DNA of 64,000 bases from Eledone cirrhosa (taxonomy: Eukaryota): positions 134,230,001-134,294,000 of the forward strand of contig OZ024741.1 of assembly GCA_964016885.1 (NCBI GenBank), written 5' to 3'. This document shows, piece by piece, positions 14,506 through 27,272 of the stretch. Every line of letters starts with the position of its first letter. The first letter of the stretch is position 1. The position numbers and the translations under genes were made by a program. The notes under the pieces are model-generated. The model ran no database searches. It saw only the letters and a program-made list of their open reading frames with translations, and was not told where the DNA came from.

Positions 14506-14694
14506 GGCGGTGGATTGGCAGTATCGGTAGAGGGTCGGACGCCATGCTTTCCAGCATAGTTACGTCCCTTTACCATCTGAGTTCAAATCCCGCCGAGGTT
14601 GACTTTGCCTTTCATCCTTACGGGGTCGATAAAATAAAGTACCAGTAATGCACTGGTAATTGCTGGCCTTGTGCCTAAAGTAGAAACAGTTATT
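14506..14694 (+). mobile_element. tRNA-derived SINE family 1 (representative copy; more than 20 full or partial copies in the window)
   Basis: A-box tggcagtatcggtag, B-box gagttcaaatcc, central ctttcatccttacggggtcgataaaataaagtacc (Nin/Deu-like domain), tail gtagaaacaattatt. Confidence 0.85.
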
Positions 14695-15119
14695 TAGATT
14701 AATTTTGTAGCGGCTCGTTTTCTGCTTCAAACCTTGTCACTTCGGTCACAAAGCCAGGCGCTGCCGCCTGCAGTGCATAGGGGAGACAAATTGCTAAACC
14801 GTTCCTTTTTCACGCCGGTTGACATCGTGACTTCGGGTGTCTTAGGTCCCCGAACTGTCATTTTCCTTCGCAAAATCGGAAAAATGGCAGTCTGCCTAGG
14901 AAAGGAACCCGTGAGGCGGAGTGGATGTTGCAGCGGGTGTCGCTTGCCCTTCTCTGCGACAATGCCTTCACCATTTTGTCCGTAGGACACAGCTGAGAGA
15001 TACCACTCACACTGAAGTGTAGTATCTGTCACCTTCTCCCCTTCCTTTCGTTGTTTAATGTTTTCTTTCATTTTATTTCTTTTCTTTTTATGTATTAGTA
15101 TTATAAAGGTTCTTTATCC

Positions 15120-15515
15120 ATAAATCTTGTAGCCTATAGTTAAGGTATAGTATTTAAATGTATCGTGTACCCTATAGTTATGGTATTTAGGTTATCTTGT
15201 AGCCTTTAGTTATTTTATGTTATTTATATGTATCTTGTAACCTATAGTTAAGGTATTTAGATATATTCTATAGCCTATAGTTAAGGCATGGTGTTTAGAT
15301 ATATTCTGTAGCCTATAGTTAAGGTATGGAGTTTAGATATATTCTGTAGCCTATAGTTAAGGTATGGTGTTTAGATGTATCTTGTAACCTATGGTTTAAG
15401 TATGTTATTCAGATGTATCTTGTAGCCTATAGTTAAGGTATGTTATTTAGATATATTCTGTGGCCTATAGTTAAGACATGGTATTTAGATGTATCTTCTT
15501 GCCTATAGTTTAGGC
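15120..15515. repeat. Approximately 38-bp minisatellite
   Basis: gtagcctatagttaaggtatggagtttagatatattct-like units, about 11 copies. Confidence 0.9.
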
Positions 15516-16569
15516 AAAAGAGAATCCTTTATGTGAATAAAAAATGTGAAGAGGGCTGCGGATAGTTAAACTATGATAGTCTGCTTCTGGTTTCCCCTAG
15601 TTATTGTTCTTTTAACTATCTTAGAAACAAACAGAAAACGAAATATAAGGCATATAGAGCTAATGTTGACTTATTTAAACGAGTTCAAATTTGGTCTTAT
15701 TACATTTCAAAATTGTGCTGATCATGTTGATTTTCAGAGGGAAGGGATCTTTTAAACACTATTATATAACATTCCTTGAAAGTGTTGTGGGTTAACAGGG
15801 ATGTTCATGGTTAACGAGAATCTACGAGGTTAACAAACATGTTAAAGGTTAACGAGAATGTTTAACGTTAGCAAATGTATGAGAATGCTCTAATAATAAT
15901 TTCTGATTTAAGTACAAAGCCAACAATTTGGTGGGAGGGTAAGTCAATTACATCGACCTCAGTAGATGACTGGTACTTGATTTTATCGACCCTGGAAGGA
16001 TAAAACTATAAGGCATATAATGCTAATGTTGACTTATTTAAACGACTTCAAATTTGGTCTTATTACGTTTCAAAATTATGCTGATGGTGTTGATTTTCAG
16101 GAGGAAGGGATCTTTTAAACACTATTATATAATATTCCTTGTTTTTATCATTTAAAAAAAAACATGTGTTTATTTAAAATGTTAAAATATCTATATCATC
16201 GCTTCCACATTTATTTTATATTTCCTGTTATCATGTTTCAGTATCATACTTTACACAATCAGGATTTCTTGTTAGATTTTGAAATCAGATATTATTTAAA
16301 ATTAACCTAATTTTATTGAGTGAGTCTGTGTACAAAGACGCTATCAAACTATGTCTCGAAATTCTTGGAGGGTAGCCGAAAGAAGACATATTTGGGTAGT
16401 CAACTCATTGTTTTATAGCTATATTACAGGATTGTCTCCCATGCTTTCCTTAACTAGAATTAATAATTAAGATGATGATTATTTATCATCACTAATTATG
16501 TAAATTTAATCAAGTAAAATTCATTGTCTTACTGTATTAAGTTTATTATATTAACAGTCACTTTACAGT

Positions 16570-16926
16570 TATGGTTTGGTATGGTATGGTATGGTATGGT
16601 ATAGTATAGTATGGAATGGTATGGTATGATGGTGGTATGGTATGGTGTCGTATGGTATGATATGGAATGGCATGAAACGGTATGGTATAGTATAGTATGG
16701 AATGGTATGGTATGGTATGGTGTGGTATTGTATGATATGGAATGGCATTAAATGGTATGGTATAGTATAGTATGGAATGGTATGGTATAGTATAGTATGG
16801 AATGGTATGGTATGATGGTGGTATGGTGTGGTGTGGTATGATATGGAATGGCATGGAATGGTATGGTATGATGTTGGTATGGTGTGGTATGGTATGGTAG
16901 GATATGGAATGGCATGGTATGGTATG
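16570..16926. repeat. (TATGG)n-type pentamer satellite
   Basis: Direct inspection. Confidence 0.95.
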
Positions 16927-19380
16927 TTTCTGTGGATTATTTAAGACTTTGTAGAAGAAATAAATTTAATTTAAAAAAACCTGCAACCACTAACCCATTG
17001 ATGTGATCGATCCCGCCTCTCTCTCCCCTACGCCAGCTTCTATGGCACTGATGAATGTACCATTCTATTCATTTGGTCATATTTATTGGCATGAGGAGGA
17101 AAGGTGAGGAGGATATATTGTGGCTAATTCCTCAAAACTCCTAAATAGATCAAATCCTTTGGAATACTCTCTTTGTTCGTGTTTTCTAACAAGCATCACT
17201 TTTCGTAAGTTCACTTTGAATATAAATCGCAATTATTTCGCTGGTCTGCCTGAGTGTGCAAAGACTGTGGGCAGTGCTGTTTTAGCATTAAATAATTGTT
17301 TCTAATTTCAAAATACGACCAGCAATTTGTGGGGAAGAAGTTGATTATATCAAACCTAGTACTTGACTTGTACTTTCTTTTATCGACCCCGGAAGGATGA
17401 AAGACAAGGTTGACCTCGGTGGGATTTGAACTCAAAACGTACAAAGTCGAAAATAAATACTGCAAAGCATTTTGTCCGATGCACCGCTATATACCAAGTA
17501 AAAGCTTAACTAACACCTTAAATAATGCACACCCTGTTACATTTTGTATTACCGTATTTGCCTGAGTGTAATATTCATTCGAATATAATACGCACTCCTA
17601 AGTATGGGTAATGAAATACGCGAAAAACTATATCTCGTGTACAAAATTCCCTGGCTTTTGTTTAGTATCATTTCAATGACAATTAGAGGCCATGGCATGG
17701 CGGAAAAAGGAGTGTTTGGTTATATTTATTATAAATGCTTAATAGCATACTGAATGAAATCATATTTAAGTCATTACTAACTAAAACTGTTAGATTGAAA
17801 AAGTTCATGCATCCTAAACGCAACAAAAACAAATTCAAACGTGACCTTTCAACTTTACCAGTGTTGAGCGTAAAAGTAGACCTGCTGTACTGTCAGCATT
17901 GCGGAAATCACAGGATCACTTTTTTTTCTAAAAACATTAATTTGATTTTGATAATGAGGATGTATGTAAATAAGTTTATACACAATTTTACAATTCAATT
18001 TATATTCATGCACTCGTGGTCGTGATGTCACAGGAGAACAAAGTATTTATCGTTCACTTGTTACTTTCATACTAGAACACGTGTGTTATTAAAAAATGAA
18101 TGAGTTGTCATTGTTTACCATGGCATCTTAGCGAACATCATATATCAGAGATATTGAAAGCAGTCTTATATAGGAAAATGGGTAATATCGGATGTTGTGA
18201 GCTCAGTATCCAACTCTCGTGCAAAGAATAAAGTCTAAACTTCAATTCATGCCGATGTCCAAGAAGGCATTATTATCGTCATCATTTTTATGTTCGCTTT
18301 CCACGCTGGGATGGGTTGGACAGGTTGTTACGGTCCGATACCTGACGAGTCGGGGTGACCAATCTTGTTGATTACGTTCCAAAGGCAGACAGGAGGAATT
18401 ATGTAAGATTTCCAGAGTTGGGAGAAGAACTGACTGATTGAGTGGAAGAATTACAGAAATGGTTGACATTGGAGTCAGTAGACTGAAATCTCAAAGAAGA
18501 TGGGTGGAACACTTGACAACGTGGGACATATATTGTGTTGGCCCCGATAACTATGTAAACAGTATCTATCTATACTACCAAGTCACATACTTTTTGTCGA
18601 GATAAAAAATAACAGTATTCCTTTGTTTCTTCTCACGCCGAACGAATACATCTTTCGCTTTTAGTGTTTGAAAATATCTTACAACGGGTATCAGTATTGG
18701 CACCAACAAGGGAGGTGGGTTAGCAGAGCGTCGGATAAATGCCATTGCAGTATTTGTTCTGGCTCTTTACATTTCGAGTTCATATATCACCGAGATTAAT
18801 TTGGCCTTTAACTTTCCGGGGTCGATAAAATAAAGTACCAGTCAAGTACTGAGGTTAATTTAATTAACTTCGTCCTTCCCTTAAATTTACAGACCTTCTA
18901 TCTAAAGTAAAAATCAACACTGACACCAACATTTGAGTTACGTCTTAAATACATACATGACAAATGTAATGAACGTTTAGTACATTATTAGAAAGACCAC
19001 CTCACATGGTATTCTTTATTGCGTGCGCGCGCGCGTGTGTGTGTGTGTCAGTGTGTGTTCCGTAGTGTATATATATATATATATCAATGTCTACATATGT
19101 ATTAAAAGGGAAAAACTACAAATTTGACATGCGAATTATACGAACTAGCAGCGACATATGTAATTTAATACAACGTTTATTCTCTACAAAATGGCGGCCA
19201 CCTATGTGAATAAACAAAGACAGAACACAAACCAGCTTCTCAAGTGATAAGCAGTGATGATTGAAACACCACAGCAACTCCACTAATAATAAGACACGTA
19301 AATCTAATTTCGTGACATGGGTACGTTTCGTGACATGAGTACGATATAAGCTCGCACTCATATATGTATATTATATATAC

Positions 19381-19447
<67 letters not shown>

Positions 19448-19822
19448 AACAAGTAAGACCCCGACGGCTGAGCTCAAGCCGTTTCGACGGCTAATTCTGA
19501 ACTCATATATATATATATATATAATTCACAAGAAAATGGGAAAAGACGACGTATGGAAGCTGTTAAAACAGCAAAATACCGTCAAAACTGCGTTGGGTAA
19601 AATGTTACCTCGAAGGACAGAGATCAGCAACTCGGTGTGAGTTGACTCGAAGGAAAGAAGAGATGATATCTAAGAAGATAGGAAGGAAGAAATTGTAATA
19701 TTTTATCCAACGTCGCTTCGACAGTATTTTGCTGTTTTAACAACTTCCATACGCCGAGTTTTTCCATTTTCCTGAGAATTCTAATACACTCGCATCTCAA
19801 CACTCGATTTTCGAGTTGATTT

Positions 19823-19862
<40 letters not shown>

Positions 19863-20025
19863 TTAGTTAGTTAGTTCCACAGCAAATTAGCAAACTATAG
19901 TCGAGAACACGTGTTTTATCCGATAGTTTCTTCAACTCTATACCGAACTCGTTCTTTGGATTGAGTGCTCTACCAGTTTCGGATATAATCTCCCGTTTTT
20001 TTACCACTATATATATATATATATA

Positions 20026-21198
20026 CTTGGGGAGGGTCATATTTGTGTAATAATATTCCCAGAATTAATAACAGAACACACTCACTGTTTGGTTGGTTTT
20101 CGCTTCTGTATCTTTTATATCAGTTAATTTAATTTATTCGGTCCATGCAGTTCTCTGGCTACAACCATAGAGACAGAATCAGAGTATACGAAGGAGTCAT
20201 GGAGAAGTATAAGACCCTCATAGAACTGGACATGAAAGGAATTTGCCCATTATACAGGAGAAAATCATGGAATAGCTTAGATAGGACTAGACATAATATA
20301 GGGAAAGCCACCTCATGGTACGACAACCAGAGATACCAGAGTGTCATGTTTGTGGACGCTACCCCTGGAGGGAAATTAGCTAACCAGTGTAGAAAGGCCC
20401 TGAGAAAGACCCACTTAAAGATTAAGGTGGTAGAAAAGCCAAGAACCACCATAAAATCCCTGATCAGCAAAACCTACCCTTTTAAGAAAACCCACTGTAC
20501 TAATAGGAAATGTATTATATGTAAAGTTAACCCCCGGATAAACTGTAAAACTAGAAACGTAGTCTATAGCATAAGATGTACAGAGGGTACTTGCAGAAAC
20601 ATGACAACAACATACATAGGCGAGACAGCTCGTGGCATAGGTGAAAGGATAGACCAACACTGGGGGGAACTAAAAGGACGAAAACACGGTTCAGTACTAT
20701 ACGAACATGTCAGACAACAACACGACGGTAACATAGACAACATAGAAATTAAAATAATATCTAAACATAGAAATGACCCAGCAGATAGACAAATCAGAGA
20801 GGCCAGCGAAATAGAACTTAGAAGGCCAAAGCTAAACAGAAAAAAATGAATGGAATAACAACAACACCCAAACAAACAATACTGACCTAAGAGAAGTATA
20901 AATAAATAAATAAATAAATACATACACAAGCACAATAACAACAAACACATATAAACACACACTAGTAAACTAAGATAGAATACAATAACCAATACACACC
21001 GTTGGTCAGTCAATAGTAACATTGGGGGCCGAATAAATTAAATTAACTGATATAAAAGATACAGAAGTGAAAACCAACCAAACAGTGAGTGTGTTCTGTT
21101 ATTAATTCTGGCAATATTATTACACAAATATGACCCTCCCCAAGTATAACAATATTTGTTTCGACACACGATTTCATATCAAAAACCTCGCAAAACTA
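20026..21198 (+). mobile_element. 5'-truncated Penelope-like element with an inverted 5' pseudo-LTR, in (TA)n
   Basis: ORF 20145-20849 has a Cys-rich linker and a GIY-YIG endonuclease. 20026-20143 is the reverse complement of about 21026-21147. Nematis/Neptune-like is a tentative clade call. Confidence 0.9.
20145..20849 (+). CDS. PLE C-terminal fragment: linker and GIY-YIG endonuclease (open 234 aa)
   Basis: CTNRKCIIC...NCKTRNVVYSIRC...YIGETARGIGERIDQH...LYEHVRQQH...REASEI...PKLN. Confidence 0.85.
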   Translation: MQFSGYNHRDRIRVYEGVMEKYKTLIELDMKGICPLYRRKSWNSLDRTRHNIGKATSWYDNQRYQSVMFVDATPGGKLANQCRKALRKTHLKIKVVEKPRTTIKSLISKTYPFKKTHCTNRKCIICKVNPRINCKTRNVVYSIRCTEGTCRNMTTTYIGETARGIGERIDQHWGELKGRKHGSVLYEHVRQQHDGNIDNIEIKIISKHRNDPADRQIREASEIELRRPKLNRKK

Positions 21199-21213
21199 AT
21201 ATATATATATATA

Positions 21214-21689
21214 TTTGGTGTGGGATGCTTAAAGCGTCCGTATGCGGTAGGCCGTTTGAACACTCGATGCTCTTACAGAGCAGAGTATAATATCACATAA
21301 GAAACGGAGAATCAGTGGTGCGACGAATTAAAATTCATTAGACATATTACAATCGTTTCTCTGCTGACCAGCTCGAACGATGCGATGATCGAACCTGACT
21401 CTGAAATCGCAAGATCCTCAGATGCGTCTCAATCTTTCGAAGCAGAGTTTCGAAATTCTGCTTCGAAAGATTGAGACGCATCTGAGGATCTTGCGATTTC
21501 AGAGTCAGGTTCGATCATCGCATCGATCGAGCTGGTCAGCAGAGAAACGATTGTAATATGTCTAATGAATTTTAATTCGTCGCACCACTGATTCTCCGTT
21601 TTTTATGTGATATTATACTCTGCTCTGTAAGAGCATCGAGTGTTCAAACGGCCTACCGCATACGGACGCTTTAAGCATCCCACACCAAA
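21214..21689. repeat. 476-bp spacerless palindrome in (TA)n
   Basis: Axis at 21451/21452 (tttc|gaaa), about 3 mismatches. Confidence 0.97.
21474..21563 (+). ncRNA. Type I hammerhead, long stem II (mirror copy 21340-21429 on -)
   Basis: AGACGCAT-CTGAGGA-TCTTGC...CAGGTTCGATC/GATCGAGCTG...GCAGA-GAAAC-GATT-GTA^ATATGTCT. Confidence 0.7.
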
Positions 21690-21785
21690 TTTATATATAT
21701 ATGTATATATATAGTGGTAAAAAAAAAACGGGAGGTTATATTCGAAACTGGTAGAGCACTCAGTCCAAAGAACAAGTTCGGTATA

Positions 21786-21825
21786 GAGTTGAAGAATCGT
21801 TCGGACGGATGAAACACGTGTTCTC
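21786..21825 (+). ncRNA. Minimal hammerhead, U3 variant
   Basis: GAG-TTGAAGA-ATCGT-tcgg-ACgGAT-GAAAC-ACGT-GTT^CTC, palindromic stem III. Confidence 0.6.
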
Positions 21826-21851
21826 GACTATAGTTTGCTAATTTCCTGTGG

Positions 21852-21895
<44 letters not shown>

Positions 21896-21899
<4 letters not shown>

Positions 21900-22250
21900 A
21901 AAAAAAGATGAAATCGAAAATGCAACTGCAGTCTTATTTTTTTTTAAATATATATATTTATTTGGTTCCTTTACCGGTTTCGCAGTTCTTCTGCTTTTCA
22001 AAAGTAGAGTTGATATAGAGGGTCTGTGGTTTTTCTTACATGTGAGAAAAACCACAGACCCTCCGTCTCAACTCTACTTTTGAAAAGCAGAACAACTGCG
22101 AAACCGGTAAAGGAACCAAATAAATATATATATATTTTTTTAAATAAGACTCCACTTGCATTTTCGATTTCATCTTTTTTTTCTTTATACTTTCACTCGT
22201 GTAGGACACCTCGGTTATTTTTCATTTTGTAAAACAAACCTGACTTTCTA
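21896..22250. mobile_element. Fold-back HHR element, axis 22040/22041
   Basis: Arms of about 145 bp plus a unique tail, in (TA)n. Second copy at 48857-49230. Confidence 0.9.
22077..22112 (+). ncRNA. Minimal hammerhead, U3-A8 variant (mirror 21969-22004 on -; family copy 48983-49018 on -)
   Basis: CTT-TTGAAAA-GCAG-aacaa-CTGC-GAAA-CCGG-TA^AAG. Confidence 0.75.
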
Positions 22251-22436
22251 ATATATATATATATATATATAAAACTTAAGCCCAGATCTCATTTGGGGGG
22301 AGATACAAGCCAAATCAGCTAAAAAAAATCGGATTTAACTTATATAATACCCCAATACCCCAACCATGGTTTAATATATTTTAATACTTTGAGATGTTTA
22401 CGTATTAGAGACTTTATAGAATTATATATATATTGA

Positions 22437-22758
22437 AGGCGCCCATCTGTCACTAATGACCATGGTCTTGCACCTAGAAAGTTTCCCTCCGAGGCACAAG
22501 CCTGGGCAAGATTCGTTTGTGGAAGACTAGAAGTCGCCCGTGCATACCAGTTCCCCTCTCGATGCCACGGATGTTGTCCAAGGGAAAGGCAATGGCCGCT
22601 ACAGCTTGGCACCAGTGACGTCACATATTCATTTCTACAGCCGAGTGAACTGGGGCAACGTGAAATAAAGTGTCTTGCTCCGAGAACACAACGCATCACC
22701 CGGTACGAGAATCGAACTCACAAGCGAACGCTCTAACCACTAAGCCATGCGCCTTCAC
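22437..22758 (-). mobile_element. tRNA-derived SINE family 2 (representative; relatives near 1440-1660, 6520-6745, 10100-10300, 25895-26160, 58260-58620)
   Basis: Minus strand gtgaaggcgcatggcttagtggttagagc...gagttcgattc (tRNA boxes), then gcaagacactttatttcacgttgc (Meta-domain-like). Confidence 0.8.
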
Positions 22759-22856
22759 TATATATATATATATAGGTGTGTGTATGTGATAGCAATAGCC
22801 GTAGATGTGAAAAGGAAAAAGGAAAACGGTGCTCAATTGGAAGAGAGAGAAATATA

Positions 22857-23035
22857 TTTGGCAGTATCGGTAGAGAGTCGGACACCATGCTTTGAGTTAC
22901 GTCCCTTTATGATCTGAGTTCAAATCCCGCCGAGGTTAACCTTGCCTTTCATCCTTACGGGGTCGATAAAATAAAGTACCAGTAATGTACTGGGTAATTG
23001 CTGGCCTTGTGCCTAAAAATAGAAACAATTATTTA
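22857..23035 (+). mobile_element. SINE family 1
   Basis: Family 1 consensus. Confidence 0.8.
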
Positions 23036-23327
23036 TTTATGTTCATATATTATATTATTTATGTAAGAATAAGACATATTCTTTCACGTTGCTCCAATTC
23101 TCTTAGCTGGATGTAACGAGTTGTACATGTAATTTAAAGTCACTTTTGTCACACACAATGTCACGTTAAATCTGCCTGACAATTATGTTAAGGATACACG
23201 TGTTTGTGGAATTCTTACGGATTAATTTCATGAACAGACGGTTCCGTTGATCAAAGAATTAAGCACTCAACGTCTGAACCGATGAAGGTATAACACACTT
23301 GAACACAACAGAGAGAGAGAGAGAGAG

Positions 23328-23394
<67 letters not shown>

Positions 23395-24449
23395 GCTATA
23401 AAAGATTTTATATAGAGTTATAACATAACATGCATAAAAGTGTTGAGGTTTAACAAGGATGTTCATGGTTAACGAGAATCTACGATGTTAACAAAAATAT
23501 TGAAGGTTAACGAGAATGTTTGGGGTTAGCAAATGTATGAGAATGCCCTAATAATAATTTCTGATTTAGGTACAAAGCCAACAATTTTGGGGGAGGGTAA
23601 GTCGATTACAATGACATCAGTAGAGGACTGATTCTTCATTTTATCGACTCTGGAAGGATAAAAGGCAATGTTGACCTCGGAGTTCTTTTGAAATAGAAAG
23701 GAGGTTGGTAACATTAGTGACGGTCATTTTATATTGCTATCTCAGGCTCAATAATTCCTCATTCTACCCTCTCTTCTAAGATGTGCTCTCATTAGTTATC
23801 AAATTTATTGTGTAGTATGTGGGGTTTCTTTAATAGATATCTTGTGTTGTAGTTTACGGATTTTAGTTGTCATTTAACACATAAAAGAAACTATTACCTG
23901 GTAGAGAGCGGTGAATTGTCAGAATCGGTAGAGCGTCAGACAACATGCTTTGTGGCAAACAGTTGTGTCCTTTTACGTTCTGAGTTCAAATCCTTATCGG
24001 GTCGATAAAATAAAGTGCCAGTAAAGCAATGGGGTCAATTAAAATCGTCTTTCCCCTCCCCTTCAAATTGATGGCCTTGTGCCAAAAGCAGAAGCAATTA
24101 TTACCGAGCGGAATGACATTTAAACCTGGTGGAGCCCACCCCCTTTCCAGTTCTGAACACAGAAGAGAGTGAGAGAGAGGAAGTGAGATAGAGACACAGA
24201 GGAAGAGTCGAACCAGTAGAGGACTGGTACTTTTCTTTATTGAACTCGAAAGGATAAAAGGCAAAGTTGACTTCGATAAGATTTGAACTTAGAGAGCGCA
24301 GAGAACCGGAACGAATGCCATAAGCTATGCTATCCGACGTTCTAAGATTCTGACAATTCGATGCGTGTGGCCAGTGTAATAGTGGCAAAAAAAAGGCAAA
24401 GAAAATAGACAGCACGTCAGTGGGCCAGAGATTGGAGTGTGTTGGTGAG

Positions 24450-24820
24450 CAACTTCCTGTCAATCAGTCGGATGACCTCTTTTTGGATATGGTCTGAGAT
24501 GTCTTGTCTGAGATTTAGGAACTGTAATCTCGTGTAGGTCTTACCTGAGCTTTGATTTAGGTGGGATCATAAACTTTGGAAGCCTTGACAATAATATGCA
24601 TTGCTCCAATTTTAGAATGAGACTGCATCTCACGTTGACCTGGAAATAAAAATGAGCGGAAGTTGAAGGACCTTGTTCGGGGAAATAGCAAGCAAGGTAA
24701 GCGGGGGTGGGATAGGTGGAGGAGGTTTGTTCGGAGTAGAATTCCAATGAAAAGTGCACGTTGACATTTTAAATGCTGTTATTTACTGGGGTTACTTTTT
24801 TCAATGCAAACAGCGCAGCG
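24450..24820 (-). mobile_element. Decayed LINE RT C-terminal fragment
   Basis: Minus-strand IKAQVRPTRDYSS resembles YKAQVRP.LEY.S of CR1/L2/Jockey-group LINEs. Stops present. Confidence 0.45.
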
Positions 24821-25559
24821 ACATTTGCAACTAGCTGATCAAAAATGTATTTATTTTCATTCATTGAACGATTTTATGAGAATTAGAGTATTATCTTGTC
24901 TCTTCCACTGGTACGTGATCCGTTTTTGTGTTCTTCGAACCAGGGTAATTCTATATTTATGCTGACAGGTTTATTGTTGAAGAACTTTTTGTGTAACATT
25001 TAGAAGCCCTTTAAATACCTTCTGATGTATATGGGAAGGGATATGCAAACACCTACTCAACTTGTTCTGTTAATGAGAAGAGAATTTAATGCTGTGGGAA
25101 ACATTAAATTAGAGAGAAATAATTCTGTGAGATCCATGTATTGAATTACTGGCTTTTGTGGTTAAGGTCAATTCTGATTGGTGGAGCATTCAAAAGTTAT
25201 TCCTCAGGAATAGCAACCACGCCTTCTTTCGGGTGACTTTTTCACTCTACCTCGAAAATAGATACACCGCCTACATACGTAGCCCGCATCCCATACATCA
25301 CCTTACAGTCATGTGTGTCCTCCACGTCCCTCACTTAACACACACACACACACACCACATCACACACAGTCCAATAATAAACCACTATATTCATTCCTCG
25401 TTCCCTCTCAACAAATATACACCCACGCATACACACACCCATGCTGACACACAAAAATACTCTTCTCTGTACTCTCTATAACTGAATATAACGATTCAGT
25501 CCGACCCGTTAAACAATTCAATTCAGTGTAAGTCAAGTATCTTTATTTTCCAACATAAA

Positions 25560-26290
25560 TAATGAAAACTACATAAAAAGGGAAAGTGGGTTTTCCAAGA
25601 ACTGTCTTACCTAACATCGCTTTCAATTTACAAGTCTCTACTCGAATAGCAAAAACATTCTTTAGATTTTTCAATAAACACTTTCCTAAACCCCACAAAT
25701 TGTTTAGCATAACATCGTTAGACTCCTTAACAAAAAAAATTTCGTAAACGCCACAAAAACTACAAATTCTTCAGCACAAACTTCATTAGACATCGTACTG
25801 TACCATTCACAATTTTGCACTTTTAATGATACTATCAACATATTTCTTCATTTAAAAACAATAATAAAAATCCGCATTGGAACACCATTGGTTCCAGTTG
25901 TTCTAACAGCAGAACAACCTGATCATGAAATGAACGTGCAAGTGACTGAACGTCCCACAGACACGTGTACCCTTAACGCAGTTCCTAGGGAGATTCAACG
26001 TAACAATGTGCAACAAGGCTGGCCCTTTGAATTACAAGTACAACTCAGGTTTGCCCGCTGCGTGGACTGGCAACGTGAAATAAAGTGTCTTGACACAACT
26101 CAGCGCCCCGAATCGCACTTACGACCTCACGATCATGGGTCAAACTCTCTAACCTTCACAATAGAAAGTGTGGTATTTCACTATTGACATACATCTGGGA
26201 AACTAAAAAATGACCAACACACAATTTGACATCATATTGAAAATATAAATCATTAAACCATACAAACCGAGTCAGTTAGATACATTAGAA
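25560..26290 (+). mobile_element. Highly decayed PLE fragment interrupted by a SINE
   Basis: TRIAKTFFRFFNKHFPKPHKL and YIWE...KPYKP resemble the RT-endonuclease region of elements like the one at 45-48 kb. Confidence 0.5.
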
Positions 26291-26304
26291 AAGTACATAC
26301 AAAA

Positions 26305-26748
26305 GAATTGGCAGAAACGGTAGGGCGTCGGACAACATGCTTTGCTGCATAGAGTTATGGCCCTTTGCCTTCTAAGTTCAAATCCCGCCAAGGCTGGCTT
26401 TGCCGTTCATCCTTACGGGGTCGATAAAATAAAACACCAGTAATGCACTGGGGTCGATTTAATCGCCCCCCCCCCCTCCAAAAAAAATTGCTGGCCTTGT
26501 GCTTATACTAGAAATCCTTATTAAATAGAAAGTTACATACAAAAGATTATTATTAATAGCGGTGGACTGGCAGTATCGGTAGAGGGTCGGACGCCATGCT
26601 TTCCAGCATAGTTACGTCCCTTTACGATCTGCGTTCAAATGCCGCCGAGGTTGACTTTGCCTTTCATCCTTACGGGGTCGATAAAATGAAGTACCAGTAG
26701 TGCACTGGGTAATTGCTGACCTTGTGCCTAAAGTAGAAACAATTATTA
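26305..26748 (+). mobile_element. Two tandem SINE family 1 copies
   Basis: 26305-26520 and 26558-26748 both match the consensus. Confidence 0.8.
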
Positions 26749-27200
26749 ATAGCGTAAATAGAAATTCAGATCTCAACTCTTTATGCAAGCATCTTACGTA
26801 CAGTTCCCTGCGATATTTTAAGCCTATAGACATTTCCAACGGTTAGAACCTCTTTTCGTGGACTCCCCTATCAAAAACAACCCTGTCTAAATGTTTATAT
26901 TCCTTGTCATATATTGTTTTGATTTGCATATGTACTTGAGCAACTGTATGAACCTGGGTATATTGGTATATAGCGTATTTACTTATATGGTTGTGAGGAG
27001 GTACGTAGCTTAGTGATCGTCAGTTCGATTCCTGCCTACACCAGGCAAGACACATTCTTTCATGTTGCTTCTGCGACCTGGAGACATATTTTTCTCTACT
27101 GAATTAACAATATCGAAAGGTCTAGTAACAGAACAAAATGATCTGTTGCTGAGGCCGCCTTTCAGAGCTGTCCATGTCTAACGTGTACATATCCCTACAA

Positions 27201-27269
<69 letters not shown>

Positions 27270-27272
<3 letters not shown>

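Noticed and set aside
14506-14600. tRNA genes
   Set aside because: The A and B boxes belong to SINE heads; no complete cloverleaf.
14710-15110. GC-richer insert as a host exon
   Set aside because: No splice context. It is probably a retroelement fragment, but I could not assign it.
19523-19825. HHR in this fold-back island
   Set aside because: A stem II-like hairpin is present, but both arms lack an intact core and GAAA box.
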